DNA from: Candidatus Fermentithermobacillaceae bacterium
GTDB lineage: Bacteria; Bacillota; Sulfobacillia; Fermentithermobacillales; Fermentithermobacillaceae
Direction: 5' to 3'
DNA: 64,000 bases
Assembly (NCBI GenBank): GCA_018052475.1
Contig: JAGPNG010000005.1
Coordinates: forward strand, 11,355 to 75,354
A model generated the notes under the pieces. That model searched no databases. It worked only from the letters and a program-made list of their open reading frames with translations, and was not told the origin of the DNA. This document shows, piece after piece, positions 9,035 to 19,538 of this stretch (its first letter is position 1; every line of letters begins with the position of its first letter). A program made the translations under genes and the position numbers.

Positions 9035-10249
9035 TTACGAGGTCGGAGCTTCTCCCAAAACAACCTCAACTTCTCGAGTCTGGCCCTGGCGTTGGAATTT
9101 CACTACGACCGTTGCTCCCGGAGACTTTTCGGCCAGATAAGCGATTAGAGACCCTGCGTCATTTACCTTGCGCCCGTCAAACTCTATGATAACGTCGCCT
9201 TCGCGGATGCCGGCTTTCGCAGCGGGACCACCTGAAACAACTTCGTAGACATATACACCTTGGTCGATTTTCACATTGGGTAGATACAGGCTGACTTCAC
9301 TTTTATCCAAGAAACTTATGCCCAGATAAGCTCTTCTTACTTTGCCGGTTTCTATCAATTCTTCCACAATTCTTTTGACTTGGTTCGAAGGGATTGCAAA
9401 ACCCATGCCCTCAACGGCAGTTACGTTGAGTTTGACCGAGTTAAGCCCAATTACCTCGCCATTTCCGTTGATCAACGGCCCGCCGCTGTTACCCGGGTTT
9501 ATCACCGCATCAGTCTGAATCAGCCTCATATAGCTGTCTCCAACGCTAAGCACTCTATCTAGCCCTGAGATAACACCCGCCGTAACCGACCTGTTAAATT
9601 CAATTCCCAGAGGGTTACCTATAGCTATTGCCAACTGCCCGGGCCTGAGAGCATCTGAGTCGCCAAACACAGCCGTAGGAAGATTGGCCCCTTCTATCTT
9701 TATAACGGCTAGATCTGTAGCTGGGTCAGTTCCGACTATTTGAGCGGACTTGCTGGTTCCGTCCGACAAAAAGACTGTCAGTTTTCTGGATGTTCCTGAT
9801 ACAACATGATTGTTGGTAACGATGTAACCGTCCTCTGTCAGGATCACGCCTGATCCCGAAGTATCCCTTAGATATTCTCTACCGAAAAAGTCATACGCAG
9901 TCTGCGTGTTCACTATGCACACGACCGACGGACTGACTTTTTCCGCTGCATCTACAACAATTTGCCAAGGATCGACGTTCGACCCGGAAACCAAAGGCAG
10001 TACCGTAGACCCGTTCTGACCCGTAGAGGTGCCCGAGCCCGGTACTGAAAGCTGCAAAGACTCCATTTTGCTCAGTATTACCTGTGGCATCACAGCTACA
10101 ACCACTAGCCCTCCAATAATCGCGCCCACCAGCCCTACCAAGAGAAACCACAGGATTTGCGGCGTCCTGGACTTCTTTCCACCCTGCGGAGCAGGAACCT
10201 CATTACCTTCGATAACCATCGATAACACCCCCAACCCTTGAATTATCAT
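9035..10249 (-). CDS. htrA: HtrA/DegP-family serine protease with N-terminal TM anchor and C-terminal PDZ domain
   Basis: Trypsin-like catalytic GNSGGPL, His/Asp regions (TNNHVV, DLAVIKI) and PDZ-like GVYVYEVVSGGPAAKAGIREGDVII. Confidence 0.85.
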   Translation of the reverse strand: MIIQGLGVLSMVIEGNEVPAPQGGKKSRTPQILWFLLVGLVGAIIGGLVVVAVMPQVILSKMESLQLSVPGSGTSTGQNGSTVLPLVSGSNVDPWQIVVDAAEKVSPSVVCIVNTQTAYDFFGREYLRDTSGSGVILTEDGYIVTNNHVVSGTSRKLTVFLSDGTSKSAQIVGTDPATDLAVIKIEGANLPTAVFGDSDALRPGQLAIAIGNPLGIEFNRSVTAGVISGLDRVLSVGDSYMRLIQTDAVINPGNSGGPLINGNGEVIGLNSVKLNVTAVEGMGFAIPSNQVKRIVEELIETGKVRRAYLGISFLDKSEVSLYLPNVKIDQGVYVYEVVSGGPAAKAGIREGDVIIEFDGRKVNDAGSLIAYLAEKSPGATVVVKFQRQGQTREVEVVLGEAPTS

Positions 10250-10448
10250 TATGTGCAGTCAGACGTCTCTTTAAGACTATGCTTTCAGTCATATTATCTA
10301 GTGTGTGATGCCAGGCTTTGCCAATGATAGTCTCCCTGCATTAATAATATTTTACGAGAAAACATGCGGCAAGTAACGATCTTTGTTCAGCGTTTGGTCT
10401 TTCATTTAGGGACTTTCCGAATGAAAAAAGCCAACTTTGTCTGTCAGT

Positions 10449-10488
10449 AAAAAAAGAGCCCTAACAGTAGGTACAGGGCTCTTTTTGT
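10449..10488. terminator. bidirectional rho-independent terminator (8-bp stem agagccct/agggctct flanked by an A-run and a T-run)
   Basis: aaaaaagagccctaacagtaggtacagggctctttttg. It lies downstream of the ABC permease on the minus strand and also insulates the htrA promoter region. Confidence 0.7.
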
Positions 10489-10556
10489 GGTTCTACGTGC
10501 CTCACAATCAGTGATATAGGAACGGCACCCAAAAGGTTTGCTAAGCTGAAGCAGAA

Positions 10557-10586
10557 AGTGCCGTCCCCGCTGCTTCATATGTCTGG
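10557..10586 (-). repeat. REP-like 30-nt element, copy d (gaagcagaaagtgccgtccccgctgcttca)
   Basis: Same family as the RAYT-flanking REPs. It overlaps the stop codon of the ABC permease gene. Confidence 0.7.
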
Positions 10587-12035
10587 CGTGTCTTCGACTT
10601 TTCCTGAGACCGCGGTCCTGGGCTTGCTTTTCCATGCGTGCATTGCCAAAGATACAGCTATGACTCCATAGGCTACGAATACTCTGAAATACTCGCCTAG
10701 TTGAGGATTCCTGAAAAGACGAGTGCCAGCCTGAGGTGCGACTATAAATAGGGTATGGAATAGTATTACTCCTATTATAGCCTGGCTATTCGTAGCTTTT
10801 TGGATCGATGCGCCGCCTACCAGCAGAGCCGCTATGGCGAACAAACTCACCTGTGTGTGAGCAGCATATGTTGCGAAAGTGCCTATGTTCTGAAGGTATA
10901 TTAGCTGCCCCCAACATGCCAGGACCGTTGACAGAACCATAGCTATTATCCTGGTCCTATCGACGTTAATGCCGGCTACGTTCGCAACTACACGGCTATG
11001 GCCGACAGTGCGCATGTTCTGACCTAGCCTCGTCCCGAGAAGCATATTGTTGAATACACATAGAAGAACGATGCTCAGATAAGTAGCAACGGGAATGTCA
11101 ACATAGACCAAGATCTCTCTCACAGGCTGCACGTAGGTAAGCAAGAAACCTGCTCCGCACAGCACGATTATCGCCAGAGGCATCCATACACTGAAGTCCT
11201 CATTGCGCTTTATGATCTTATTGTCCACGATCTTCCACAGCTGAAATCCTGCAAGTGCTACAAGAGCGATAATGACGCCGTCTAGCAACAAAAGCCTGTC
11301 TGTCCCCATGAAACCCTTTATCGCAGGTACGTTCGTAAGTCCGTAAATCAATAGGGCTCCGACCGCCAGAGCCGCGTCGTGAGCAATTGGCCCCTCCAAC
11401 TTCCCCATGACCCTAAGAACCACTCGAATGCCTACAATTGCTACGAGGACCCACATGGCAACTTTGGCCAAAGAGAGCATGGAGACTGTATCCAGCGCAT
11501 ATTTTAGATTGCCCGTCAGGTCTATTGTGTTTTTTACTCCGACTCCGCCCTTGATTATCAAGGTTTCATTCTGAACTGGAATAACGCCGCCTATAATGAA
11601 TAGAAAGAAGAGCTGATACAGGCCGTCGGCGAAATAACCTAAGATCATGCCGGCGATCATCTCTGCCCCTTTCATTGTGTTGAATAGCTTGCCTACCAGC
11701 CATCCAAAAAACATCGCTATGGGAGTAGCAATGACTACCGTCAGCAGGAATCCGCTTATGCCCCCAAAACCCCAATAGACCACCCAGAACATAGCGATCT
11801 GGGCCGCTATCGCGCCTATAGTTATTCCAAAGTTAAGACCCATGCCTGCCAAAATGGGGATAAGAAGGGAAAGAACCATGAACCCGTTTCTGCCAATACG
11901 GGTGAACAGCTCACGGGCAACAAAAGTAAGGGGATCGCCTGAAATATATATGGCGCCAATGCACAGGACAATAAACAAAACCACAACCTTATTATTGCTG
12001 AGTACATCCAGCGCTTTACGTCCGAAGTTGTCCAT
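10575..12035 (-). CDS. ABC transporter permease (CUT2/BMP-type uptake system), second permease
   Basis: Polytopic membrane protein, about 486 aa from the MDNFGRK start at 12035. Translationally coupled to the upstream permease. Confidence 0.75.
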   Translation of the reverse strand: MDNFGRKALDVLSNNKVVVLFIVLCIGAIYISGDPLTFVARELFTRIGRNGFMVLSLLIPILAGMGLNFGITIGAIAAQIAMFWVVYWGFGGISGFLLTVVIATPIAMFFGWLVGKLFNTMKGAEMIAGMILGYFADGLYQLFFLFIIGGVIPVQNETLIIKGGVGVKNTIDLTGNLKYALDTVSMLSLAKVAMWVLVAIVGIRVVLRVMGKLEGPIAHDAALAVGALLIYGLTNVPAIKGFMGTDRLLLLDGVIIALVALAGFQLWKIVDNKIIKRNEDFSVWMPLAIIVLCGAGFLLTYVQPVREILVYVDIPVATYLSIVLLCVFNNMLLGTRLGQNMRTVGHSRVVANVAGINVDRTRIIAMVLSTVLACWGQLIYLQNIGTFATYAAHTQVSLFAIAALLVGGASIQKATNSQAIIGVILFHTLFIVAPQAGTRLFRNPQLGEYFRVFVAYGVIAVSLAMHAWKSKPRTAVSGKVEDTPDI

Positions 12036-12036
12036 G

Positions 12037-13104
12037 TCAGTTACCTTCTTTCGTCTTCGACAGAGCATAGAGTATTATGCCGTTTGAGATTATGATTCTC
12101 ATGACGTCGGCGAGGTTTGTACCGGGTAGGAGCTTATTGGCTACCGGCAATGCTACTGCTAATATCCCTTGGAACAGGAATGTCCCGATAATGGCGTGTG
12201 ATATTCTTGCCCTCTTCACAGTAGCGCCCCCTATAAGTACAGCTGCTACGCAGTGAAACCCCATCATTAAGGGAGCGTTGTAAAGCTGGAGAAAACCATA
12301 GCTCTGAGAGTATGTAACGATGCCGATAGCGCCCAGTACGGTAGATATTGTCGTACCGAGAATCCTCATCTTATCCACTTCAATCCCCGACGCACGTGCG
12401 AACACAGGATTGGCGCCTGCGGCGCTCATAGCGATGCCTGTCCTACTTCTCATAAACAGCCACAGCAAAACACACATTAGCATGAAGAAGAGTATTAACC
12501 CTGTTGGGATAAAGGCACCGTGTACCGGATCGCCAATCCTTGTGCTCAGGAAATTGTTTAAAACTCCTCCGAAACTGTCTGCCAGACTAATCGTGTTTCT
12601 AAGACCTTGTCCCCCCAGCGGCCATATTAGGGTGCCGCTTTTGAACGGAAGCGAAAGCCACACCAGATTCATGAAAGCGACTATGGAAAAACCCACATAC
12701 GTAGACACGGTCATCTCAGAACCTTTTACCCTATTCAAGAGAAACCCGTATCCAATGCCTAAGGGCGTAGCTACTAAGGCCCCAACCAACATAGCCATAC
12801 CCAAACTCAGCCAGGGGTTGGGTATGGCCATTTCAATGGCTACCGTAGAACCCAAGAGTCCGGCAACTATACCTATGCTGACCCCGAAATTGAGGTTTAT
12901 GCCGCACTCTACGCCGGGCACCATTGCAAGGACTAGTACTCCATACATAGCCCAACGGCGAACAGCGTCGCTCAAAAGGCCACCGACATTAAGGCCGAGA
13001 GGTACAGCGGTGACCAGCAGCACCACAAAAAAGGCGATGATTATGAGGCGCGGAAGGCCTAGGTTTTCATATATCGCACTTAGCTTTTCACGCAATATTC
13101 GCAC
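12037..13104 (-). CDS. ABC transporter permease, first permease
   Basis: 355-aa polytopic membrane protein. It overlaps the ATPase gene end, and the gene order SBP-ATPase-permease-permease is preserved. Confidence 0.75.
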   Translation of the reverse strand: MRILREKLSAIYENLGLPRLIIIAFFVVLLVTAVPLGLNVGGLLSDAVRRWAMYGVLVLAMVPGVECGINLNFGVSIGIVAGLLGSTVAIEMAIPNPWLSLGMAMLVGALVATPLGIGYGFLLNRVKGSEMTVSTYVGFSIVAFMNLVWLSLPFKSGTLIWPLGGQGLRNTISLADSFGGVLNNFLSTRIGDPVHGAFIPTGLILFFMLMCVLLWLFMRSRTGIAMSAAGANPVFARASGIEVDKMRILGTTISTVLGAIGIVTYSQSYGFLQLYNAPLMMGFHCVAAVLIGGATVKRARISHAIIGTFLFQGILAVALPVANKLLPGTNLADVMRIIISNGIILYALSKTKEGN

Positions 13105-14689
13105 CCTCTTTCCTCAAACCGGCCATTGCAAGACCAAACTGTGCGTCTGGAGCATCAGGTTCTAGTATCGCCGCTACTTTCCCGCCAGATACTATGGCTA
13201 TTCGATCGCATAGAGAACGCAGTTCAACCAATTCCGAGCTCACCATGACTATAGTCAGTCCTTCCTCGCGGTTGAGTTTTAGAAGGTGCTCAAGCACCAG
13301 TCTTTTTGCGCCAATATCTATGCCTCGCGTAGGCTCTGAGACGATGAGTAGGTCAGGTCGCATGGTAAGGGCCCGGGCTAAGCACACCTTCTGCTGATTC
13401 CCTCCCGAGAGGCTTCCTACCGCCTGCTTTGGGCCGGTACAACGGATGTCTAGGACCTTTATCATTTCAAGGGCATGTTCCCTCGCCTTTCTCCAGTCAA
13501 AAAGACTGATGGGTCCAAGTTTGATGAGGAAGTCGCCTTTTATCTGCATAGCGGAAAACGCAATATTGAATTCGATAGATTCATCCAAGAGCAATCCCAC
13601 ACCTCTTCTGTCTTCCGATACAAATGCGATCCCGCTGCGAAGTGCCTCGCCAAGCTTGGTCAAATCAAGTATCTTGCCAAACACTTCGACAGTGCCCGTT
13701 GATTTGTAAAGACCCATGATGCCATTGGGAATTCCCAATTTTCCTTGACCCGCAAGGCCGCCAATGCCAAAAATCTCTCCATTTCGAACATCCAAACTAA
13801 GTCCGTTTACCCTCTCGCCCGGCATCTCAACATAAAAATCTCTGATCGAAAGAGCTATATCGGTGTCGCTGAGAGTCCTATGGTCGGAAGGAGCTTCTAC
13901 CAGTTTTTCAATCTTGCGGCCTATCATGAGTTCTGCAACTCGCTCTACGGTTGTCTCCTTTGAGTTCAACGTGGCAACAACTTCTCCGTCTCGCAATATC
14001 GTAAGCCTATCGGACACCGCCATAACTTCGTCGAGTCTGTGGGTTATGAACACGATCCCTATGCCTTTTGCCGCAATCAACCGCATTATCTCAAGCAAGT
14101 GATCTGCTTCGGATTCGGTAAGCACGGCAGTAGGTTCGTCAAATACCAATAGTTTGCTGCCAGTCTTATCAATTTCCCTTGCGATCTCTATGAACTGAAG
14201 GTATCCAATTGGTAGACCCGCAATTCTCACATATTCTTCGATGTTTAGTCCGATGGTGTCGAGAGCGACTCTGGCATCCTTCCTCATCTTCTCGACATCG
14301 AGAACCTCTAGGTCTTGCCCAAATATCTTGCTTAAGAAAGTAGGGTTAGATATCTCTCTGCCGACCTTGATGTTCTCGGTAACAGTAAACCCTGGAATGA
14401 GCATAAACTCCTGATGAACCATTCCTATGCCATAATCCATAGCTTTGTGAGGGCCATCAATCATTGCAGGTTGACCGTCGATCTTGATTTCTCCTTCGTA
14501 GCCACCGGTTGCATATATAACTGGCATGCCGAACAGGATGTTCATTAGAGTGGATTTCCCAGCACCGTTTTCGCCAACCAAAGCATGGATTTCTCCAGGT
14601 TCTACCTGCAAGTTAACGTTTTTGAGAACGCGGTTACCATAATACTCCTTCGATATGTTGCTCATTTCTAATACATATCTGCTTCCCAA
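13088..14689 (-). CDS. ABC transporter ATP-binding protein with two fused nucleotide-binding domains
   Basis: Two Walker A motifs (GENGAGKST, GLAGQGK), two signature/Walker B regions (LSGGNQQK, LLVFDEPT / LLIVSEPT). 533 aa. Confidence 0.85.
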   Translation of the reverse strand: MGSRYVLEMSNISKEYYGNRVLKNVNLQVEPGEIHALVGENGAGKSTLMNILFGMPVIYATGGYEGEIKIDGQPAMIDGPHKAMDYGIGMVHQEFMLIPGFTVTENIKVGREISNPTFLSKIFGQDLEVLDVEKMRKDARVALDTIGLNIEEYVRIAGLPIGYLQFIEIAREIDKTGSKLLVFDEPTAVLTESEADHLLEIMRLIAAKGIGIVFITHRLDEVMAVSDRLTILRDGEVVATLNSKETTVERVAELMIGRKIEKLVEAPSDHRTLSDTDIALSIRDFYVEMPGERVNGLSLDVRNGEIFGIGGLAGQGKLGIPNGIMGLYKSTGTVEVFGKILDLTKLGEALRSGIAFVSEDRRGVGLLLDESIEFNIAFSAMQIKGDFLIKLGPISLFDWRKAREHALEMIKVLDIRCTGPKQAVGSLSGGNQQKVCLARALTMRPDLLIVSEPTRGIDIGAKRLVLEHLLKLNREEGLTIVMVSSELVELRSLCDRIAIVSGGKVAAILEPDAPDAQFGLAMAGLRKEGANIA

Positions 14690-14795
14690 TTGCAGCCCTC
14701 CTGACCATGCAAAGTAGACTGACCTGCCGAAAGGTATAACAAAATCGCCAGCTACCGAACAAGCCGGCGATTTTGTACCCTCCTAGCTGCAATCA

Positions 14796-15944
14796 CTAGC
14801 TGCTAAAATCATAGTAGTCGCATAGTATGAGGAAGAAGTTCTCGAGCGGCTCACCGCCTACCTCATATTTGCTAAGTTTGGCTTTGCCTTCCCCTCCTGC
14901 GATCCTGCTGATGATTTCATTCAGGACCTTCTCGTCAAGTCTGCCTTCTGTCCTGCCTTCTAGAAACTCTATCGCATAGTCTACGCCGGCTTCTACCATC
15001 AACATGTTTACCGGAACCGGCCAGGTTGACATGCGCTTTTCCTGACCCTTTTCCTTCAGTTTCGCAGCTATGGCGTCGAGGATGTACTGAATGTCGCCCT
15101 CATGCCCTGTCACATCGATATTCAAGGCTGCCGGGTACCCATGGTATGGGCTCGGACAACACTGCTGAACCAATATGGCTCCTTGTTCCCACACTGAACG
15201 GATCAATGGCTCCTGCATGCCGCAGTTCGTGGAGAAGAAGCATGTATCCTTACCATATTCTGCTATCTGCCTCGGGACATCTTCAAGAATGAACTGCTGA
15301 GCACCGGACAACCCTGCATCACCGGTCGGATCGGGGGCTGTTACATCGACAAACTTTATGCCCAGTTTCTCACACTCTTCTATCATTATCTGCCGACGGG
15401 CCGCTATAGTCTCCATGGACAGGTGCCGCGGGAAAGAATAGTGGATTAGTGTCGTAGCTCCCATTTCTTTCGCCTTTTGCGGGATTGTATAGCCCATGGA
15501 AATCTCGTCACTATTTAGTACTATATCTGCTTTACTTGCCACCGTTGCCGGATCTTCATGTGCCACACCGAAGATAAACAGCATGTCAGGTCGAGTTTCT
15601 CTGACTTTGTCTACAGCCGCACAGGCTCCCGGCACTGCCTGAATAAACACTATAGCCTTAACATCAGGGTCCGATGCCATTGAGATTACGTTAGCGATGG
15701 TTGTTTCCGTTTCAGATGAGAAGTTGTCCGGATAGGTTGCGGTCACGATTTTGTCGCCATACTTCTCCGCCATGTTCTGGGCTGCTCTGAACTCCTCTTC
15801 CCCTTGGGAAACAGTTCCGGTCATTATGCCGATCTTGTAGGTTTCTTCAGCTTCGGGCGGCGCTTCAGGCTCTTTAGGCCCGCAACCTGCAAGTCCGAGC
15901 ATCATAACAAAAGCCAAGCACAGACAAATTGCTTTCTTACCCAT
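14796..15944 (-). CDS. ABC transporter substrate-binding lipoprotein
   Basis: Start at ATG 15944 preceded by an AAGGAGG SD. Lipobox LGLAGC. Periplasmic-binding-protein-like fold. The ligand is unknown (sugar or nucleoside type). Confidence 0.7.
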   Translation of the reverse strand: MGKKAICLCLAFVMMLGLAGCGPKEPEAPPEAEETYKIGIMTGTVSQGEEEFRAAQNMAEKYGDKIVTATYPDNFSSETETTIANVISMASDPDVKAIVFIQAVPGACAAVDKVRETRPDMLFIFGVAHEDPATVASKADIVLNSDEISMGYTIPQKAKEMGATTLIHYSFPRHLSMETIAARRQIMIEECEKLGIKFVDVTAPDPTGDAGLSGAQQFILEDVPRQIAEYGKDTCFFSTNCGMQEPLIRSVWEQGAILVQQCCPSPYHGYPAALNIDVTGHEGDIQYILDAIAAKLKEKGQEKRMSTWPVPVNMLMVEAGVDYAIEFLEGRTEGRLDEKVLNEIISRIAGGEGKAKLSKYEVGGEPLENFFLILCDYYDFSS

Positions 15945-16338
15945 TAAGTTTTCCTCCTTGCAGTACAAAATTAGTGTTGTAGACGGCCTCTGGCAATATA
16001 AGTAATTTGTTACGGTGATACGCAAAAATACCTGCGTTCGGGTCATGCAATACGGGTGCAAATAACAATTCACGAAAGACGAAAAGCAACATGTGTGATG
16101 ACTGTTTAAGGTAGGTGGCTAGTAGTGGCTGCAATTGTTTCTCGATTCAAAAAACCATTTGTTTCTTATGATGCCCTAATTATTGGTATCGATCACACTC
16201 CTTTCAATTAATAGTACGGCCTAGATCATTTTACCAATTTGAAGTACTGTGTCTACCGACAGTATACAGGCAGAATTGTGTTGCTTCAACTTTAACTTTG
16301 TCCAAACCCCAACACTGACTGTCGCCTTTGAATCTCGT

Positions 16339-17589
16339 CTACGGAGCGACCTCAACCTCGGCTCCTAGCGATCTCAGTTTGTCTATGATTGAGTCATATC
16401 CTCGTTCTATTATCTCGAGCCCATGGATTTCAGTGGTGCCTTCAGCTGAAAGACCCGCAATCACAAGACTGGCACCGGCTCTAAGGTCACTGACAGTTAC
16501 CGGAGCCCCTGTAAGTTTCTCAACACCCTCGATAATTGCTGTCCTTCCCTGGACTCTAGCTTTGGCTCCCATCTTGACCAGCTCGTTTATGTGCCCCAAC
16601 CTATTGTCATACATGGATTCATGGACTATGCTGACACCTGTGGCACGTGCAAGAACCGCCGTAAGAGGTTGCTGCGCATCAGTAGGAAATCCGGGGTACG
16701 GCATGGTTCTCACATTAACAGACTTAGGCCTCTCGGGTCCTGATACTTCTATGAAGTCCCCATTTTGCTCAATGTGCGCATCGGCTTCTTTTAGCTTAGC
16801 TACAATAGGCTCTAAGTGTTTTGTAATCACGCCTTTGATCTCTATGTCGCCTCCTGTGGCTACTGCCATCATCATATATGTAGCGCTCTCCATGTCATCG
16901 GGGATTATTGAGTGCCCGGTTCCTCGTAATTCCTTGGTGCCTTTAACCCTTATCACATCAGTACCTGCCCCGTGAACGCTGGCGCCCATAGCGTTTAGAA
17001 AGTTCGCGAGGTCGACCACGTGCGGCTCTTTTGCCGCGTTCTCAATTGTTGTGGTGCCCTCTGCCATAGAAGCAGCTAGCATGATGTTGATCGTCGCGCC
17101 AACGCTCGGCATATCCAAATACACAGGCGCACCTCGCAGATGGTCAGCTTTGAGTCTGACTATTCCGCCCTCAACAACCACATCCGCACCTAAGGCTCGA
17201 AAACCCTTGAGATGTTGGTCAATTGGCCTTGGGCCAATGTCGCATCCCCCTGGAAGCCCAACCTCCGCCCTGCCAAATTTGGCCAAAAGCACCCCCATCA
17301 GATAATACGATGCTCTGAGTTTGCGAACTAGTTCATAATCAGTCACGTACGTCGAAAATCCGTTAGGAGAAATGGTCATGACGCCTTGTTCCATACTAAC
17401 GTCTACTCCCAAGGCCCTAATAATCTGGGCAAACACCTGCACATCACGTATAGCAGGAACGTTTTCAAGTACTGTAGTACCTTCTCCAAGAAGTGCAGCC
17501 GGAATAATTGCGACAGAAGAGTTTTTCGAACCGCTTATGTTAACTTCGCCTGCAAGAGGCCGCCTTCCTGTAATTAAAAGCTTCGACAT
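16339..17589 (-). CDS. murA: UDP-N-acetylglucosamine 1-carboxyvinyltransferase
   Basis: MSKLLITGRRPLAGEVNISGSKNSSVAIIPAALL N-terminus; 416 aa; active-site loop Cys (LPGGCDIGPRPID). Confidence 0.92.
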   Translation of the reverse strand: MSKLLITGRRPLAGEVNISGSKNSSVAIIPAALLGEGTTVLENVPAIRDVQVFAQIIRALGVDVSMEQGVMTISPNGFSTYVTDYELVRKLRASYYLMGVLLAKFGRAEVGLPGGCDIGPRPIDQHLKGFRALGADVVVEGGIVRLKADHLRGAPVYLDMPSVGATINIMLAASMAEGTTTIENAAKEPHVVDLANFLNAMGASVHGAGTDVIRVKGTKELRGTGHSIIPDDMESATYMMMAVATGGDIEIKGVITKHLEPIVAKLKEADAHIEQNGDFIEVSGPERPKSVNVRTMPYPGFPTDAQQPLTAVLARATGVSIVHESMYDNRLGHINELVKMGAKARVQGRTAIIEGVEKLTGAPVTVSDLRAGASLVIAGLSAEGTTEIHGLEIIERGYDSIIDKLRSLGAEVEVAP

Positions 17590-17804
17590 ATATACCTTCT
17601 CCCGGATATTCGATTTTTGCCATGCACAAATCGGCAGTCGGATGTGGCCTCATAGATCCAGGTTTACTTATCTTCACGTTGCGGGTAACAAGCGTGCCAC
17701 CGGTATCAGATACCCGTGGCACGCCATGACTACAATCAGTCGTCTCTGGCAAGGCCCTGCCGACTTCTTTATTCATGTATCAAAACGTCTAGGTCAACTT
17801 TCAG

Positions 17805-19310
17805 CTATTTGTAGAAGTCCAAGGGATTCTGAGCAACTCCGTCTACATGAACTTCGAAATGAAGATGCGGGCCTGTCGCAGATCCTGTCATCCCCACGTA
17901 ACCGATTACGTCACCTTTTGAAACCTTATCCCCAGTGCTCACTGCGAACTTAGACATGTGAGCATACCACGTCACCATTCCGCCGTGGTCTATTTTCACC
18001 AGATTACCGTAGCCGCCGCTATATCCCACAAAAGTTACGACCCCTGCATCAGCAGCCTTGATAGACGTACCCGAAGAAGCTCCGATGTCGATTCCTCGAT
18101 GGAAAGCGCCCCAGCGCCAGCCATAGTAGGAGGTAATCGAACCCTGGCAGGGCCAAGCAAGTGTTCCTGACCCCATGGCCGGAACCTCTTTGCTACCCCT
18201 TACGATCTTCTTCGCAACAGGGTAAGAAACTATTGTCTCGGATATTTTGGTTCTTGAGACCTCTTTGCCATTCTCCCTTACGATCTGCTCCACAATCTCC
18301 TTCTGGCCGCTTTTGCCCTCCTGCGTGACTGTCTCTTGCCACGGCCACATCGAAGAGTCGTAAGAAACCTCAACCGAAAAAGGAATAGATTCAGTATACG
18401 TCAGGGTTTCCCGGCTGGTCAAAGTAACGTAAGGATCCGGTACCACTAAATTCAGGGCATCCCCTTCATGTATCAAATCACCGCTCACCGTCGGATTTGC
18501 CCTCTTCAGGTCGTCCACGGTAAGGTTGTTAGCATTGGCTATGGCCCAAAGACTATCTCCGCGCTGCACTGTGTAGCTGAGTATTTTGTCAGTCCCGCGT
18601 GTGAGGATCTGCTCAGCTTCTGCTCTGGTTCTGAATATGGCAGTTGACACTTCTTTCTGAACTATGTCTATCTTTTCTTTTATGAGCACTTCGTCACAAG
18701 TTGCGTGGCCCGGCTCAATGATGTTCTTTATGTAGTTCTCTCTAAGGTCAGAAAGAGTTCCTCTTGCTTCTTCTTCGGAAGACAAAGCGACGACGTCCTT
18801 GCCGTCAACACAAATGACATAACTCATTGCCTGAAACGAAATCTTGTCTTTTATGGTCTGACCAAGTTCTTCAGGATCGCTAAGTTCTATCTCCTTGTCT
18901 CCCTTAGCGACTTCAGTAGTTATATCGGTAGCGACCTTTGCTTCTGCACCAACCCTAAAAGATTCTTCTTCTGCTAATCTGTCAACGATCTGGTTGACAA
19001 GGTCTACTTCCTCTACATAGCCAACTGTTTCGCCATCCATCATGACAGCGTAAATCTTTGGACGCGACAACATTACGCCGGCTGTAACTGCTATTATCAG
19101 CGCTACAGCTACGCTTAGTGCTATGTAGGGGTTTTTTGTGTATTTTAGGTTCTTAAATCTACCGGTAATCTCACTAAAAATGTCCGACTTCCCGGTGCGA
19201 GCCACTTTCTTTCGCCGCCTCGGGCGCGATTTCTTCGGGCTCACACCTTCGGAACACAAGATGTTTTCTTCCATGAATTTCGCCGCACTTAGAAACTGTA
19301 CAATTCCCAA
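17805..19310 (-). CDS. membrane-anchored LysM + M23 (LytM-type) peptidoglycan endopeptidase
   Basis: TM helix, LysM YTVQRGDSLWAIANANNLTVDDLKRANP, and C-terminal M23 motifs HRGIDI and GPHLHFEV. TTG start (or ATG at 19274). Confidence 0.8.
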   Translation of the reverse strand: MGIVQFLSAAKFMEENILCSEGVSPKKSRPRRRKKVARTGKSDIFSEITGRFKNLKYTKNPYIALSVAVALIIAVTAGVMLSRPKIYAVMMDGETVGYVEEVDLVNQIVDRLAEEESFRVGAEAKVATDITTEVAKGDKEIELSDPEELGQTIKDKISFQAMSYVICVDGKDVVALSSEEEARGTLSDLRENYIKNIIEPGHATCDEVLIKEKIDIVQKEVSTAIFRTRAEAEQILTRGTDKILSYTVQRGDSLWAIANANNLTVDDLKRANPTVSGDLIHEGDALNLVVPDPYVTLTSRETLTYTESIPFSVEVSYDSSMWPWQETVTQEGKSGQKEIVEQIVRENGKEVSRTKISETIVSYPVAKKIVRGSKEVPAMGSGTLAWPCQGSITSYYGWRWGAFHRGIDIGASSGTSIKAADAGVVTFVGYSGGYGNLVKIDHGGMVTWYAHMSKFAVSTGDKVSKGDVIGYVGMTGSATGPHLHFEVHVDGVAQNPLDFYK

Positions 19311-19538
19311 ATCGGCTCAAACAACGCCTCTAAACCTCAAAATGCATATAAGTGCAGCCTAGCCCTCCTTTCACAACGTAATCTCTTGTTTTATTGGTAG
19401 AATAGTCTTGTTCTGTCATGGGTATTGTGATGGAACATATTCATTGGTGTCTTGCGTTTCTGATCCCGGTCAGCCACATCTGTAGGGCATTTTCGGCAAT
19501 CCCCCGTCGCGACCAATGGAACATATTCTATCCCCCAT

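Noticed and set aside
12320-13165. 281-aa plus-strand ORF
   Set aside because: Antisense to the ABC permease gene. Pro/Ser/Thr-rich.
15945-16338. Long 5' leader of the ABC uptake operon checked for a purine or other riboswitch
   Set aside because: No conserved riboswitch core motifs were recognisable by eye (for example the purine GUUUCUACC / CCGUAAAU). Only a small hairpin without a U-tract was seen.
16328-17953. Plus-strand ORFs of 215, 84 and 193 aa
   Set aside because: They are entirely antisense to murA and its upstream region, and murA is unambiguous. No RBS, and the composition is not protein-like.
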